Below are positions 26,420 to 35,558 of a stretch of 64,000 nt of DNA, piece after piece (within the stretch, counting starts at the first letter, position 1; the number at the start of each line of letters is the position of its first letter). The stretch is from assembly GCF_053078305.1 (NCBI RefSeq), contig NZ_CP166879.1; one strand, given 5' to 3'. The notes under the pieces are model-generated. The model was not told the origin of the DNA and ran no database searches. It worked only from the letters and a program-made list of their open reading frames with translations. A program made the translations under genes and the position numbers.

Positions 26420-29012
26420 TCTGGTTATTGATTTGAGTCTGGATGCGGCCCGGTTTGATGAACAGATGGCCCGGGTACGCCGTCATTTTTCCAGTCTGGA
26501 GGCGGATGCCAGAAAAACCGCCAGTACTGTTGAACAGGGGCTGAGCCGACAGGCGCTGGCTGCACAAAAAGCCGGGATATCAGTCGGACAGTATAAGGCT
26601 GCCATGCGCACACTGCCCGCACAGTTCACGGATATTGTCACTCAGCTTGCCGGTGGTCAGAATCCCTTCCTTATCATGCTGCAGCAGGGGGGGCAGATCA
26701 GCGATTCATTCGGTGGACCGCTCAGCCTGCTTACCCTGCTGAAGGAGGAACTTCTCGGGATCAGGGATGCCTCTGAATCATCAGAGGATTCGCTGTCAGA
26801 TACGGCAAATGCTCTGGCTGAAAATGCCCGGAATGCCGGTGAACTGGGACGATTTATGTCGGTGGCCCGTGTGGCGGCAGGTGGCGGGGTTGCCGTACTG
26901 GCCGCGCTTGCTGCTGCCGCCTGGCAGGCAGAGCAGGCTGACCGGGCCTTATTGCGTTCACTGACCCTGACCGGAGGGGCGGCTGCCACCACAACGGCCG
27001 AATTGTGGAAAATGGCCGGGGTGATCAGCGATGAAGCCGGTGGTGGTATCAGACAGGCGGCAGAAAATCTGGCCCGTCTGGCAGAAAGCGGGAAATATAC
27101 CGCCGGGCAGCTACGGATCATGGGGGAAACCTCTCAGAGATGGCTGCAGACGGTGGGGGACGATGCCGGGAAGGTGGAAAAAGCCTTTGAAGGGATTGCA
27201 GCAGATCCGGTGAAGGCGCTGGCCTCCCTGAATCAGCAGTATAACTTCCTGAGCGTTTCCCAGTTACGCCATATTGATGAGCTTGAGCGCACGAAAGGTA
27301 AACAGGCTGCGGTGACGGAGGCGATGTCCCTGTTTGCGGATGTTATGAATGCACGTCTGGAGCAACTTGATAAAGCGGCCACGCCGGTGGAAAAAATCTG
27401 GGACGATGTTAAAACCTGGACTTCTGACGCATGGGCATGGATAGGTGATCATACACTGGGGGCACTCAGTCTGATCACTGACGTGGTGGCAGGAACCGTT
27501 GAACAGGTGAAGCTGCTGCTTGTGCAGGGGGATCTGGCGCTGGCTGAATTTATTCAGTCAGCCTGGGAAACGACAAAGAATGTGCCCGGCGTTGGTGCGT
27601 TGTTTGGTGAACTGGCAGAAGAGAACCGCGTATTTATTGAGAAAACAAAACGCGATGAACTGGCGCTGAGAAAATCCATTGCGGAACGGGATGCGCGTAT
27701 ACGCCAGGGGGAAATGGGGTACATCAACCGTTCGCGTGCAACAGGCGTCAGCAAAGGTCCGGGGCAGCAGGAAGCCGTCAGCCGTCTGGCTGAAGAGCTG
27801 ACAGGTAAAAAGCATACATCACCGAAAACGCGCTCTGCCGGGGAGAGGGAAGAGGAGCAGGCAAGAGAGGCTCTGCTTGCCCTTGAAGCTGAACTCAGGA
27901 CGCTGGAAAAACACAGCGGTGCGAATGAGAAAATCAGCCGGCAACGCCGTGATTTATGGAAGGCGGAAAGTCAGTATGCGGTCCTGAAAGAGGCTGCCAC
28001 GAAACGACAGTTATCCGGGCAGGAAAAATCCCTGCTGGCCCATGAGAAAGAGACGCTGGAGTACAAACGCCAGCTGGCTGAGCTGGGCGACAAGGTTGAA
28101 TACCAGAAACGCCTGAATGAGCTGGCACAGCAGGCGGCACGGTTTGAAGAGCAGCAGAGCGCGAAGCAGGCCGCCATCAGCGCAAAAGCCCGTGGTCTCA
28201 CTGACCGTCAGGCGCAGCGGGAGTCTGAAGCGCAGCGTCTTCGTGACGTGTATGGCGATAATCCGCAGGCGCTGGCACAGGTCACCGGGGCACTGAAACA
28301 GACATGGGCGGATGAAGACATGCTGCGCGGTGACTGGCTGGCCGGGCTGAAGTCCGGCTGGGGCGAGTGGGCAGAAAGTGCGACGGACAGTTTTTCGCAG
28401 GTTAAAAGTGCTGCCACGCAGACCTTTGACGGTATTGCGCAGAATATGGCGGCGATGCTGACCGGTGCAGAGGCAGACTGGCGGGGATTCACCCGTTCGG
28501 TGCTGTCCATGATGACAGAAATCCTGCTTAAACAGGCCATGGTGGGAATTGTCGGGCGTATCGGCAGTGCCATTGGTGGTGCTTTCGGTGGTGGTGCATC
28601 TGCTTCCTCGGGGACGGCCATTGAGGCTGCGGCGGCGAACTTCCATTTCGCGACCGGAGGATTTACGGGGACGGGCGGCAAATATGAGCCTGCGGGGATA
28701 GTTCACCGCGGGGAGTTTGTTTTCACGAAAGAGGCAACCAGCCGGATAGGTGTGGGGAATCTTTACCGTCTGATGCGCGGGTATGCGGAAGGTGGTTATG
28801 TGGGTGCTGCCGGAAGTCCGGCGCAGATGCGGCGGGCGGAAGGTATTAATTTTAATCAGAACAATCACGTGGTGATTCAGAACGACGGTATCAACGGACA
28901 GGCGGGGCCGCAGCTGATGAAGGCGGTGTATGACATGGCCCGTAAGGGGGCGCAGGATGAACTCCGGCTGCAGTTACGTGATGGCGGTATGTTATCAGGG
29001 AGCGGGCGATGA
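26400..29012 (+). CDS. H: tail tape measure protein H
   Basis: 870 aa. N-terminus (GDLVIDLSLDAARFDEQMARVRRHFS) and C-terminus (KYEPAGIVHRGEFVFTKEATSRIGVGNLYRLMRGYA) match lambda gpH. Confidence 0.92.
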   Translation: MSQPAGDLVIDLSLDAARFDEQMARVRRHFSSLEADARKTASTVEQGLSRQALAAQKAGISVGQYKAAMRTLPAQFTDIVTQLAGGQNPFLIMLQQGGQISDSFGGPLSLLTLLKEELLGIRDASESSEDSLSDTANALAENARNAGELGRFMSVARVAAGGGVAVLAALAAAAWQAEQADRALLRSLTLTGGAAATTTAELWKMAGVISDEAGGGIRQAAENLARLAESGKYTAGQLRIMGETSQRWLQTVGDDAGKVEKAFEGIAADPVKALASLNQQYNFLSVSQLRHIDELERTKGKQAAVTEAMSLFADVMNARLEQLDKAATPVEKIWDDVKTWTSDAWAWIGDHTLGALSLITDVVAGTVEQVKLLLVQGDLALAEFIQSAWETTKNVPGVGALFGELAEENRVFIEKTKRDELALRKSIAERDARIRQGEMGYINRSRATGVSKGPGQQEAVSRLAEELTGKKHTSPKTRSAGEREEEQAREALLALEAELRTLEKHSGANEKISRQRRDLWKAESQYAVLKEAATKRQLSGQEKSLLAHEKETLEYKRQLAELGDKVEYQKRLNELAQQAARFEEQQSAKQAAISAKARGLTDRQAQRESEAQRLRDVYGDNPQALAQVTGALKQTWADEDMLRGDWLAGLKSGWGEWAESATDSFSQVKSAATQTFDGIAQNMAAMLTGAEADWRGFTRSVLSMMTEILLKQAMVGIVGRIGSAIGGAFGGGASASSGTAIEAAAANFHFATGGFTGTGGKYEPAGIVHRGEFVFTKEATSRIGVGNLYRLMRGYAEGGYVGAAGSPAQMRRAEGINFNQNNHVVIQNDGINGQAGPQLMKAVYDMARKGAQDELRLQLRDGGMLSGSGR

Positions 29013-29338
29013 AAACCTTTCGCTGGAAAGTGAAGCCGGATATGGAGGTGAACTCGCAGCCGTCGGTGCGTGAAGTGCGTTTTGGTGACGGGTACTCACA
29101 GCGTATGGCGGCAGGGCTGAATGCTGACCTGAAAACATACCGGGTGATGCTTTCCGTGACCCGGGAGGAGGCCCGGCATCTGGAAGCGTTCCTGGCAGAG
29201 CACGGGGGCTGGAAGGCATTTTTGTGGAAGCCACCCTATGCATACCGGCAGATAAAGGTGACCTGTGCCGGGTGGTCTGCGCGGGTCGGGATGCTGCGCG
29301 TTGAGTTCAGCGCGGAGTTTAAGCAGGTGGTGAACTGA
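29009..29338 (+). CDS. M: minor tail protein M
   Basis: 109 aa in the lambda gpM position, ATGA-coupled. Confidence 0.9.
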   Translation: MKTFRWKVKPDMEVNSQPSVREVRFGDGYSQRMAAGLNADLKTYRVMLSVTREEARHLEAFLAEHGGWKAFLWKPPYAYRQIKVTCAGWSARVGMLRVEFSAEFKQVVN

Positions 29339-30036
29339 TGCAGGATATTCACGAAGAAACTCTTAACGAGTCGGTTAAGTCAGAGCAGTCACCGCGGGTG
29401 GTGCTCTGGGAAATCGACCTGACGGCGCAGGGCGGTGAGCGGTATTTTTTCTGCAATGAGCTGAATGAAAAAGGGGAGCCGGTGACCTGGCAGGGGCGTG
29501 AATATCAGGCGTACCCGATTGAGGGCAGCGGCTTTGAGATGAACGGAAAGGGCAGCAGTGCCCGCCCGTCGCTGACAGTGTCCAATCTTTTTGGGCTGGT
29601 CACCGGGATGGCGGAGGATTTGCAGAGCCTGGTGGGTGCCACGGTGGTCCGCCGCCGGGTGTATGCGCGTTTTCTGGATGCGGTGAATTTTGTGGCAGGC
29701 AATCCGGAGGCAGACCCTGAGCAGGAGCTGATGGACCGGTGGGTGGTGGAGCAGATGTCAGCGCTGACGGCCATGACGGCCTCGTTTGTGCTGGCGACAC
29801 CGACGGAGACGGACGGTGCGCTGTTTCCCGGTCGCATCATGCTGGCGAACACCTGTATGTGGGATTACCGGGGCGATGAATGCGGGTATAACGGTCCGGC
29901 AGTGGCGGATGAGTTCGACAACCCCACCACGGATATCCGGAAGGACAGATGCAGTAAATGCATGCGCGGGTGTGAGATGCGCGGCATGGTGGCTAATTTC
30001 GGCGGTTTCCTTTCCATTAATAAACTTTCGCAGTAA
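29338..30036 (+). CDS. L: minor tail protein L
   Basis: 232 aa, lambda gpL-like, including the C-terminal Cys cluster. Confidence 0.9.
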   Translation: MQDIHEETLNESVKSEQSPRVVLWEIDLTAQGGERYFFCNELNEKGEPVTWQGREYQAYPIEGSGFEMNGKGSSARPSLTVSNLFGLVTGMAEDLQSLVGATVVRRRVYARFLDAVNFVAGNPEADPEQELMDRWVVEQMSALTAMTASFVLATPTETDGALFPGRIMLANTCMWDYRGDECGYNGPAVADEFDNPTTDIRKDRCSKCMRGCEMRGMVANFGGFLSINKLSQ

Positions 30037-30046
30037 ATCCCGTTTT

Positions 30047-30790
30047 ATGACACAGACTGAATCAGCGATTCTGGCGCATGCCCGGCGGTGTGCGCCAGCG
30101 GAGTCGTGCGGCTTCGTGATAAGCACCCCGGAGGGCGAACGGTACCAGCCCTGCGTGAATATCTCCGCAGAGCCGGAGGCGTATTTTCGTATTGCACCGG
30201 AAGACTGGCTGCGGGCAGATATGCAGGGGGAGATTGTGGCGCTGGTCCACAGTCATCCCGGTGGTCTGCCCTGGCTGAGCGAGGCGGACCGGCGGCTGCA
30301 GATAAAGAGTGCCCTGCCCTGGTGGCTGGTCTGCCGGGGCGACATTCACCGGTTCCGCTGTGTGCCGCACCTGACCGGACGGCGCTTTGAACACGGTGTG
30401 ACGGACTGTTACAGCCTGTTCCGGGATGCATACCATCTGGCGGGGATAACGCTGCCGGATTTTGTGCGTGAGGATGACTGGTGGCGCAACGGCCAGAACC
30501 TGTACCTGGACAACCTGGCGGACAACGGCTTTTACCGGGTGTCTCCGTCCTGTGCACAGGCGGGCGATATCCTGCTGTGCTGCTTTGGTTCATCGGTGCC
30601 GAATCATGCCGCCATTTACTGTGGCAACGGTGAACTGCTTCACCATATACCTGAACAACTGAGTAAACGGGAGAGGTATTCTGAAAAATGGCAACGACGA
30701 ACGCATTCTGTCTGGCGTCACCGCCACTGGTCCGTATCTGCCTTCACGGGGATTTACAACGATTTGGTCGCCGCATCAGCCTGTATGTGA
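30047..30790 (+). CDS. K: tail tip assembly protein K (NlpC/P60 + JAB-like)
   Basis: MTQTESAILAHARRCAPAESCGFV... is identical in pattern to lambda gpK. The track ORF start at 29786 is an upstream artefact overlapping L. Confidence 0.9.
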   Translation: MTQTESAILAHARRCAPAESCGFVISTPEGERYQPCVNISAEPEAYFRIAPEDWLRADMQGEIVALVHSHPGGLPWLSEADRRLQIKSALPWWLVCRGDIHRFRCVPHLTGRRFEHGVTDCYSLFRDAYHLAGITLPDFVREDDWWRNGQNLYLDNLADNGFYRVSPSCAQAGDILLCCFGSSVPNHAAIYCGNGELLHHIPEQLSKRERYSEKWQRRTHSVWRHRHWSVSAFTGIYNDLVAASACM

Positions 30791-31368
30791 ACACGGCAGC
30801 GGAGGCCATACGTGCCCTGTCACTGCAGGTGCCGGGATTCCGCGGTCAGATGAACGAAGGCTGGTACCGGATACGTATTGCCGGTGAGGATACCGCGCCG
30901 GAGGCGGTGTATGCCCGTCTTCACGAACAACTGGGTGAGGGAGCGGTCATCCACATTGTACCGCGACTGGCCGGAGCCGGGGGAAATGGTGTTTTTCAGG
31001 TGGTGCTGGGGGCAGCAGCCATCGTGGGCTCTTTCTTCACAGCCGGTGCAACGATGGCGTTGTGGGGCGCAGCCCTGAGTGCCGGAGGGCTGACTGCCAC
31101 CACGATGCTGTTCTCACTGGGTGCCAGCATGATACTGGGTGGTGTGGCTCAGATGCTGGCCCCGAAGGCAAAGACGCCGGAGTACAAAAGTACGGATAAC
31201 GGTAAACAGAACACGTATTTTTCGTCACTGGACAACATGATTGCCCAGGGTAACCCGATGCCGGTACCTTACGGTGAAATGCTGGTTGGTTCACGACGGA
31301 TATCCCAGGACATTAGCACCCGTGATGAGGGCGGAGACGGGAAAGTGGTGGTTATCGGACGGGGATAA
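30688..31368 (+). CDS. I: tail tip assembly protein I
   Basis: 226 aa. ...ICLHGDLQRFGRRISL...DNGKQNTYFSSLDNM... matches lambda gpI. Overlaps the K 3' end as in lambda. Confidence 0.9.
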   Translation: MATTNAFCLASPPLVRICLHGDLQRFGRRISLYVNTAAEAIRALSLQVPGFRGQMNEGWYRIRIAGEDTAPEAVYARLHEQLGEGAVIHIVPRLAGAGGNGVFQVVLGAAAIVGSFFTAGATMALWGAALSAGGLTATTMLFSLGASMILGGVAQMLAPKAKTPEYKSTDNGKQNTYFSSLDNMIAQGNPMPVPYGEMLVGSRRISQDISTRDEGGDGKVVVIGRG

Positions 31369-31370
31369 AA

Positions 31371-31406
31371 ATAAAAAAATCCCGCAGAGTTAGTGGAGCT
31401 GCGGGA
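31371..31406 (-). terminator. minus-strand rho-independent terminator in the I-J spacer
   Basis: Minus strand reads UCCCGCAG-11 nt loop-CUGCGGGA, followed by UUUUUUUAUUUUU. Confidence 0.65.
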
Positions 31407-31535
31407 AATAACGATGAAGATTAATGTTATGGAGTTATTTTTTTGGGCAGAAAAACAGTAACGCAGCGTCATTATAGCGGCTACAGGCAATTGCCGGAAA
31501 TGTGAAGAATTTCAGAAATTTTATTCCGTCATGAC

Positions 31536-31566
31536 ACAGGCACCCTCCGGGGTGCCTGTTGTTTTT
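31536..31566 (+). terminator. plus-strand rho-independent terminator immediately upstream of J
   Basis: 10-bp stem ACAGGCACCC/GGGTGCCTGT, loop TCCG, then TGTTTTT. Confidence 0.7.
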
Positions 31567-31609
31567 GGGCATAAACAGATTCAGACATCAGACAGGAGAG
31601 GGGGACAGA

Positions 31610-34600
31610 GTGGGTAAAGGGGGCGGCAAGGGGCACACACCGCGTGAGGCGAAGGACAATCTCAAATCCACGCAGATGATGAGCGTGATTGATGCCATTG
31701 GTGAGGGACCGGTGGAAGGTCCGGTGAAGGGACTGCAGAGTATTCTGGTGAACAAAACCCCGCTGACGGACACGGACGGTAATCCCGTGATACACGGTGT
31801 GACCGCCGTCTGGCGCGCCGGGGAGCAGGAGCAGACACCGCCGGAAGGCTTTGAGTCCTCCGGGGCAGAAACCGCACTGGGCGTGGAGGTGACGAAGGCA
31901 AAGCCGGTGACGCGCACCATCACGTCAGCGAACATTGACCGTCTGCGGGTCACCTTCGGGGTGCAGTCACTGGTGGAGACCACCTCAAAGGGTGACCGTA
32001 ATCCCTCTTCTGTCCGCCTGCTGATTCAGCTTGAGCGTAACGGGCACTGGGTGACGGAGAAGGATATCACCATTAACGGCAAGACCACCTCGCAGTACCT
32101 GACGTCTGTGATTCTGAATAATCTCCCTGAGCGCCCCTTTAACATCCGGATGGTCAGGGAGACGGCGGACAGCACCACGGACCAGCTGCAGAACAGAACG
32201 CTGTGGTCGTCATACACCGAAATCATCGATGTGAAACAGTGCTACCCGAACACGGCCATTGTGGGGCTGCAGGTGGATGCGGAGCAGTTTGGTGGCCAGC
32301 AGCTGACGGTGAACTACCATATCCGTGGTCGCATCATTCAGGTGCCGTCAAACTATGACCCGGAAAAACGCACCTACAGCGGTATCTGGGACGGGAGTCT
32401 GAAACCGGCATACAGCAATAACCCGGCCTGGTGCCTGTGGGACATGCTGACCCACCCGCGCTACGGCATGGGAAAACGCCTGGGGGCCGCGGATGTGGAC
32501 AAGTGGGCACTGTATGCCATCGGGCAGTACTGCGACCAGACGGTCCCGGATGGTTTCGGGGGAACAGAGCCGCGGATGACTTTCAATGCGTACCTGTCAC
32601 AGCAGCGTAAGGTGTGGGATGTCCTGGGGGATTTCTGCTCGGCGATGCGCTGTATGCCGGTATGGAACGGCCAGACGCTGACGTTCGTTCAGGACCGTCC
32701 GTCGGATGTGGTGTGGCCGTACACCAACAGCGATGTGGTGGTGGATGATAACGGCGTGGGGTTCCGCTACAGCTTCAGTGCCCTGAAGGACCGGCACACG
32801 GCGGTGGAGGTGAATTACACCGACCCGCAGAACGGCTGGCAGACCTCCACGGAACTGGTGGAAGACCCGGACGCCATCCTGCGCTACGGACGCAACCTGC
32901 TGAAGATGGATGCGTTTGGCTGTACCAGCCGCGGTCAGGCCCACCGTGCCGGACTGTGGGTGATAAAGACCGAACTGCTGGAAACGCAGACGGTGGATTT
33001 CACGCTCGGGTCACAGGGGCTGCGGCATACGCCCGGTGACATCATTGAAATCTGTGATAACGACTATGCCGGGACCCTGACCGGCGGACGCATCCTGTCC
33101 ATTGATGCCGCCAGCCGCACACTGACGCTGGACCGTGAGGTGACACTGCCGGAAGCAGGGACATCGACGGTGAACCTGATTAACGGCAGCGGTAAGCCGG
33201 TGCGCGTGGACATCACTGCACACCCCGCGCCGGACCGGATACAGGTCAGCGCCCTGCCGGATGGCGTGGAGACATACGGTGTGTGGGGACTCTCCCTGCC
33301 GTCACTGCGTCGTCGCCTGTTCCGCTGTGTTTCCATCCGGGAAAACACGGACGGCACTTTTGCCATCACGGCAGTGCAGCACGTACCGGAAAAAGAAGCC
33401 ATTGTGGATAACGGGGCTCGCTTTGAGCCGCTGTCCGGTTCACTGAACAGCGTTATCCCGCCGGCAGTGCAGCACCTCACGGTGGAGGTGAGTGCCTCAG
33501 ACGGCCAGTATCTGGCGCTGGCGAAATGGGACACGCCGCGGGTGGTGAAGGGCGTGCGCTTCAGTCTGCGCCTGACCAGCGGAAACGGTGAAAACAGCCG
33601 CCTGGTGACCACCGCCATCACTGCCGACACGGAGCACCGTTTCAGTGGCCTGCCTCTGGGGGAATACACCCTGACGGTCAGGGCGATAAACAGCTACGGC
33701 CAGCAGGGCGAACCTGCCACCACCGCGTTCCGGATTAATGCGCCTGCAGCACCGGCCAGCATTGAGCTGACGCCGGGGTATTATCAGATAACAGCAGTAC
33801 CGGTGCTGGCGGTGTATGACCCGACGGTACAGTTTGAGTTCTGGTTCTCGGAGGCAAAAATCGCAGACACATCTCAGGTGGAAACCTCTGCCCGTTATCT
33901 GGGGACAGGCAGCCAGTGGAGCGTCTCCGGCCCGCACATCAAGCCGGGGAAGGATTTCTGGTTTTATGTGCGCAGCGTTAACCTGGTGGGGAAATCTGCG
34001 TTTGTGGAAGCCAGTGGCCGGGCGAGCAATGATGCAGAAGGGTATCTGGGGCTGTTTCGGGAAAAGATAGGAAAACTGCATCTGGCACAGGGGATGTGGG
34101 AGCTGATTGATAACAGCCAGCTTGACAATGAGATGGCGGAGATGAAGACCACCATCACCGAAACCCGCAATGAAATCACGCAGACGGTCAGTAAAACCCT
34201 GGAAGACCAGAGCGCCACCATACAGCAGATACAGCGGGTGCAGACAGACACAAATAACGACCTGGCTGCGCTGTACATGCTGAAGGTGCAGAAAACAAAA
34301 AACGGCATTCCGTATGTTGCCGGTATAGGTGCGGGGATTGAGGATGCTGATGGCCAGCCCCTGAGCAATATTCTGCTGCAGGCGGACCGTATCGCGATGA
34401 TTAACCCGGAGAACGGCAACACCACGCCGCTGTTTGTGGCGCAGGGGAATCAGCTGTTCATGAACGATGTGTTCCTGAAGCGGTTGTTTGCAGTGAGCAT
34501 CACCTCGTCCGGCAATCCCCCGACGTTTTCCCTGACGCCGGACGGGAAACTGACGGCCCGCAATGCTGATATCAGCGGACATATCAGTGCGAACTCGGGC

Positions 34601-35077
34601 ACGCTGAATAATGTCGTGATAGCGGAGAACTGTACGATAAATGGCACGCTGAAAGCGGAGAACATTATTGGTGATCTTGTGAAATGTGCAGGGGTGGCTT
34701 TTCCGGTGGATGGTAGTTACCTTGCGAACGGTACACGAACGCTGACGGTATATGACGATCACAGCTTTGACCGGCAGATTATAATCCCGCCGATAATCTA
34801 TGTCGGGTCAAAACAGGAATCCCGTACCAGTAATGACATCTGGACAGAGTGCTTCCTGCATGTTGATCAGAACGGACGCCGGATTTATTCAGGCAGGTCA
34901 GTGACAGAGCCGGGAATTTTCAGCGGGATCATCGATATGCCAGCCGGAGGTGGTCATATCACCCTGAGTTTTACCGTAAGTTCACGACGTCAGAACGGGA
35001 GTTTTGGCAGTTCACGTATCAGTAACCTTCAGGCGATAGTGGTGAAGAAAAACAGCGCGGGGATCAGTATCCGCTGA
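31610..35077 (+). CDS. J: tail tip / host specificity protein J
   Basis: GTG at 31610 after [33 protein letters not shown]... matches lambda [22 protein letters not shown]. Collinear with lambda J for ~1000 aa; the last ~130 aa diverge. Confidence 0.92.
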   Translation: MGKGGGKGHTPREAKDNLKSTQMMSVIDAIGEGPVEGPVKGLQSILVNKTPLTDTDGNPVIHGVTAVWRAGEQEQTPPEGFESSGAETALGVEVTKAKPVTRTITSANIDRLRVTFGVQSLVETTSKGDRNPSSVRLLIQLERNGHWVTEKDITINGKTTSQYLTSVILNNLPERPFNIRMVRETADSTTDQLQNRTLWSSYTEIIDVKQCYPNTAIVGLQVDAEQFGGQQLTVNYHIRGRIIQVPSNYDPEKRTYSGIWDGSLKPAYSNNPAWCLWDMLTHPRYGMGKRLGAADVDKWALYAIGQYCDQTVPDGFGGTEPRMTFNAYLSQQRKVWDVLGDFCSAMRCMPVWNGQTLTFVQDRPSDVVWPYTNSDVVVDDNGVGFRYSFSALKDRHTAVEVNYTDPQNGWQTSTELVEDPDAILRYGRNLLKMDAFGCTSRGQAHRAGLWVIKTELLETQTVDFTLGSQGLRHTPGDIIEICDNDYAGTLTGGRILSIDAASRTLTLDREVTLPEAGTSTVNLINGSGKPVRVDITAHPAPDRIQVSALPDGVETYGVWGLSLPSLRRRLFRCVSIRENTDGTFAITAVQHVPEKEAIVDNGARFEPLSGSLNSVIPPAVQHLTVEVSASDGQYLALAKWDTPRVVKGVRFSLRLTSGNGENSRLVTTAITADTEHRFSGLPLGEYTLTVRAINSYGQQGEPATTAFRINAPAAPASIELTPGYYQITAVPVLAVYDPTVQFEFWFSEAKIADTSQVETSARYLGTGSQWSVSGPHIKPGKDFWFYVRSVNLVGKSAFVEASGRASNDAEGYLGLFREKIGKLHLAQGMWELIDNSQLDNEMAEMKTTITETRNEITQTVSKTLEDQSATIQQIQRVQTDTNNDLAALYMLKVQKTKNGIPYVAGIGAGIEDADGQPLSNILLQADRIAMINPENGNTTPLFVAQGNQLFMNDVFLKRLFAVSITSSGNPPTFSLTPDGKLTARNADISGHISANSGTLNNVVIAENCTINGTLKAENIIGDLVKCAGVAFPVDGSYLANGTRTLTVYDDHSFDRQIIIPPIIYVGSKQESRTSNDIWTECFLHVDQNGRRIYSGRSVTEPGIFSGIIDMPAGGGHITLSFTVSSRRQNGSFGSSRISNLQAIVVKKNSAGISIR

Positions 35078-35275
35078 ACATCGCGCCCCGGGATTGCCGG
35101 AAGGAGACAAAAACCGTACAGTATGCGCGGGTGCCTTTGGCTGATGGCCGGAGGGAACACCTGAAGGCCGGAAAGACGAAGGCCCCGGACAAACATTCAT
35201 GTTTAACCCGAGGCCTGACTTTCGATCTTCAGCAAATTGAAGGTTAGCGCCTCTCCGTAAAAGGAGCAAGCGTTT

Positions 35276-35416
35276 ATGTCGCAAAAACCGTTAAAAACCA
35301 CCGTGATTTGTACCACGGTAGTGCTCATTATCTGGATCACCCACACTTCACTGTGCGAGTTCCGGTTCCGGATAGCGGGCGCGGAGATTGCGGCGTTCTT
35401 ACAGTGTAAGCAGTAA
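35276..35416 (+). CDS. Hok/Gef-family type I toxin peptide (46 aa; below ORF-track cutoff)
   Basis: ATG at 35276 after AAGGAG. MSQKPLKTTVICTTVVLIIWITHTSLCEFRFRIAGAEIAAFLQCKQ has a TM helix, then the LCE(F/I/V)R...E(I/V)AAF signature of Hok/Gef/RelF peptides. Confidence 0.7.
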   Translation: MSQKPLKTTVICTTVVLIIWITHTSLCEFRFRIAGAEIAAFLQCKQ

Positions 35417-35510
35417 GAAACCGTGGCGTGGGAGAATATCCCCCGCCGACCGGTTGCTGAGGGTGGTCAGCCGGATGGCACCGTTTTAACACCAACAAAC
35501 CACAAATATT

Positions 35511-35545
35511 ACCGCAGGCCGGGAAACCGGTACTGCGGTTTTTTT
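35511..35545 (+). terminator. rho-independent terminator downstream of the hok-like gene
   Basis: Stem ACCGCAG/CTGCGGT enclosing an inner CCGG-GAAA-CCGG hairpin, followed by T7. Confidence 0.7.
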
Positions 35546-35558
35546 ATGGGGGAAATCC

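Noticed and set aside
29786-30046. N-terminal extensions in the ORF track for K (29786), G (25443), J (31559), gp46 (14850), dcp (43158), marA (to 52570) and eamA (50935).
   Set aside because: The extensions overlap upstream genes or terminators. The known protein N-termini start at internal ATG/GTG codons with SD sequences.
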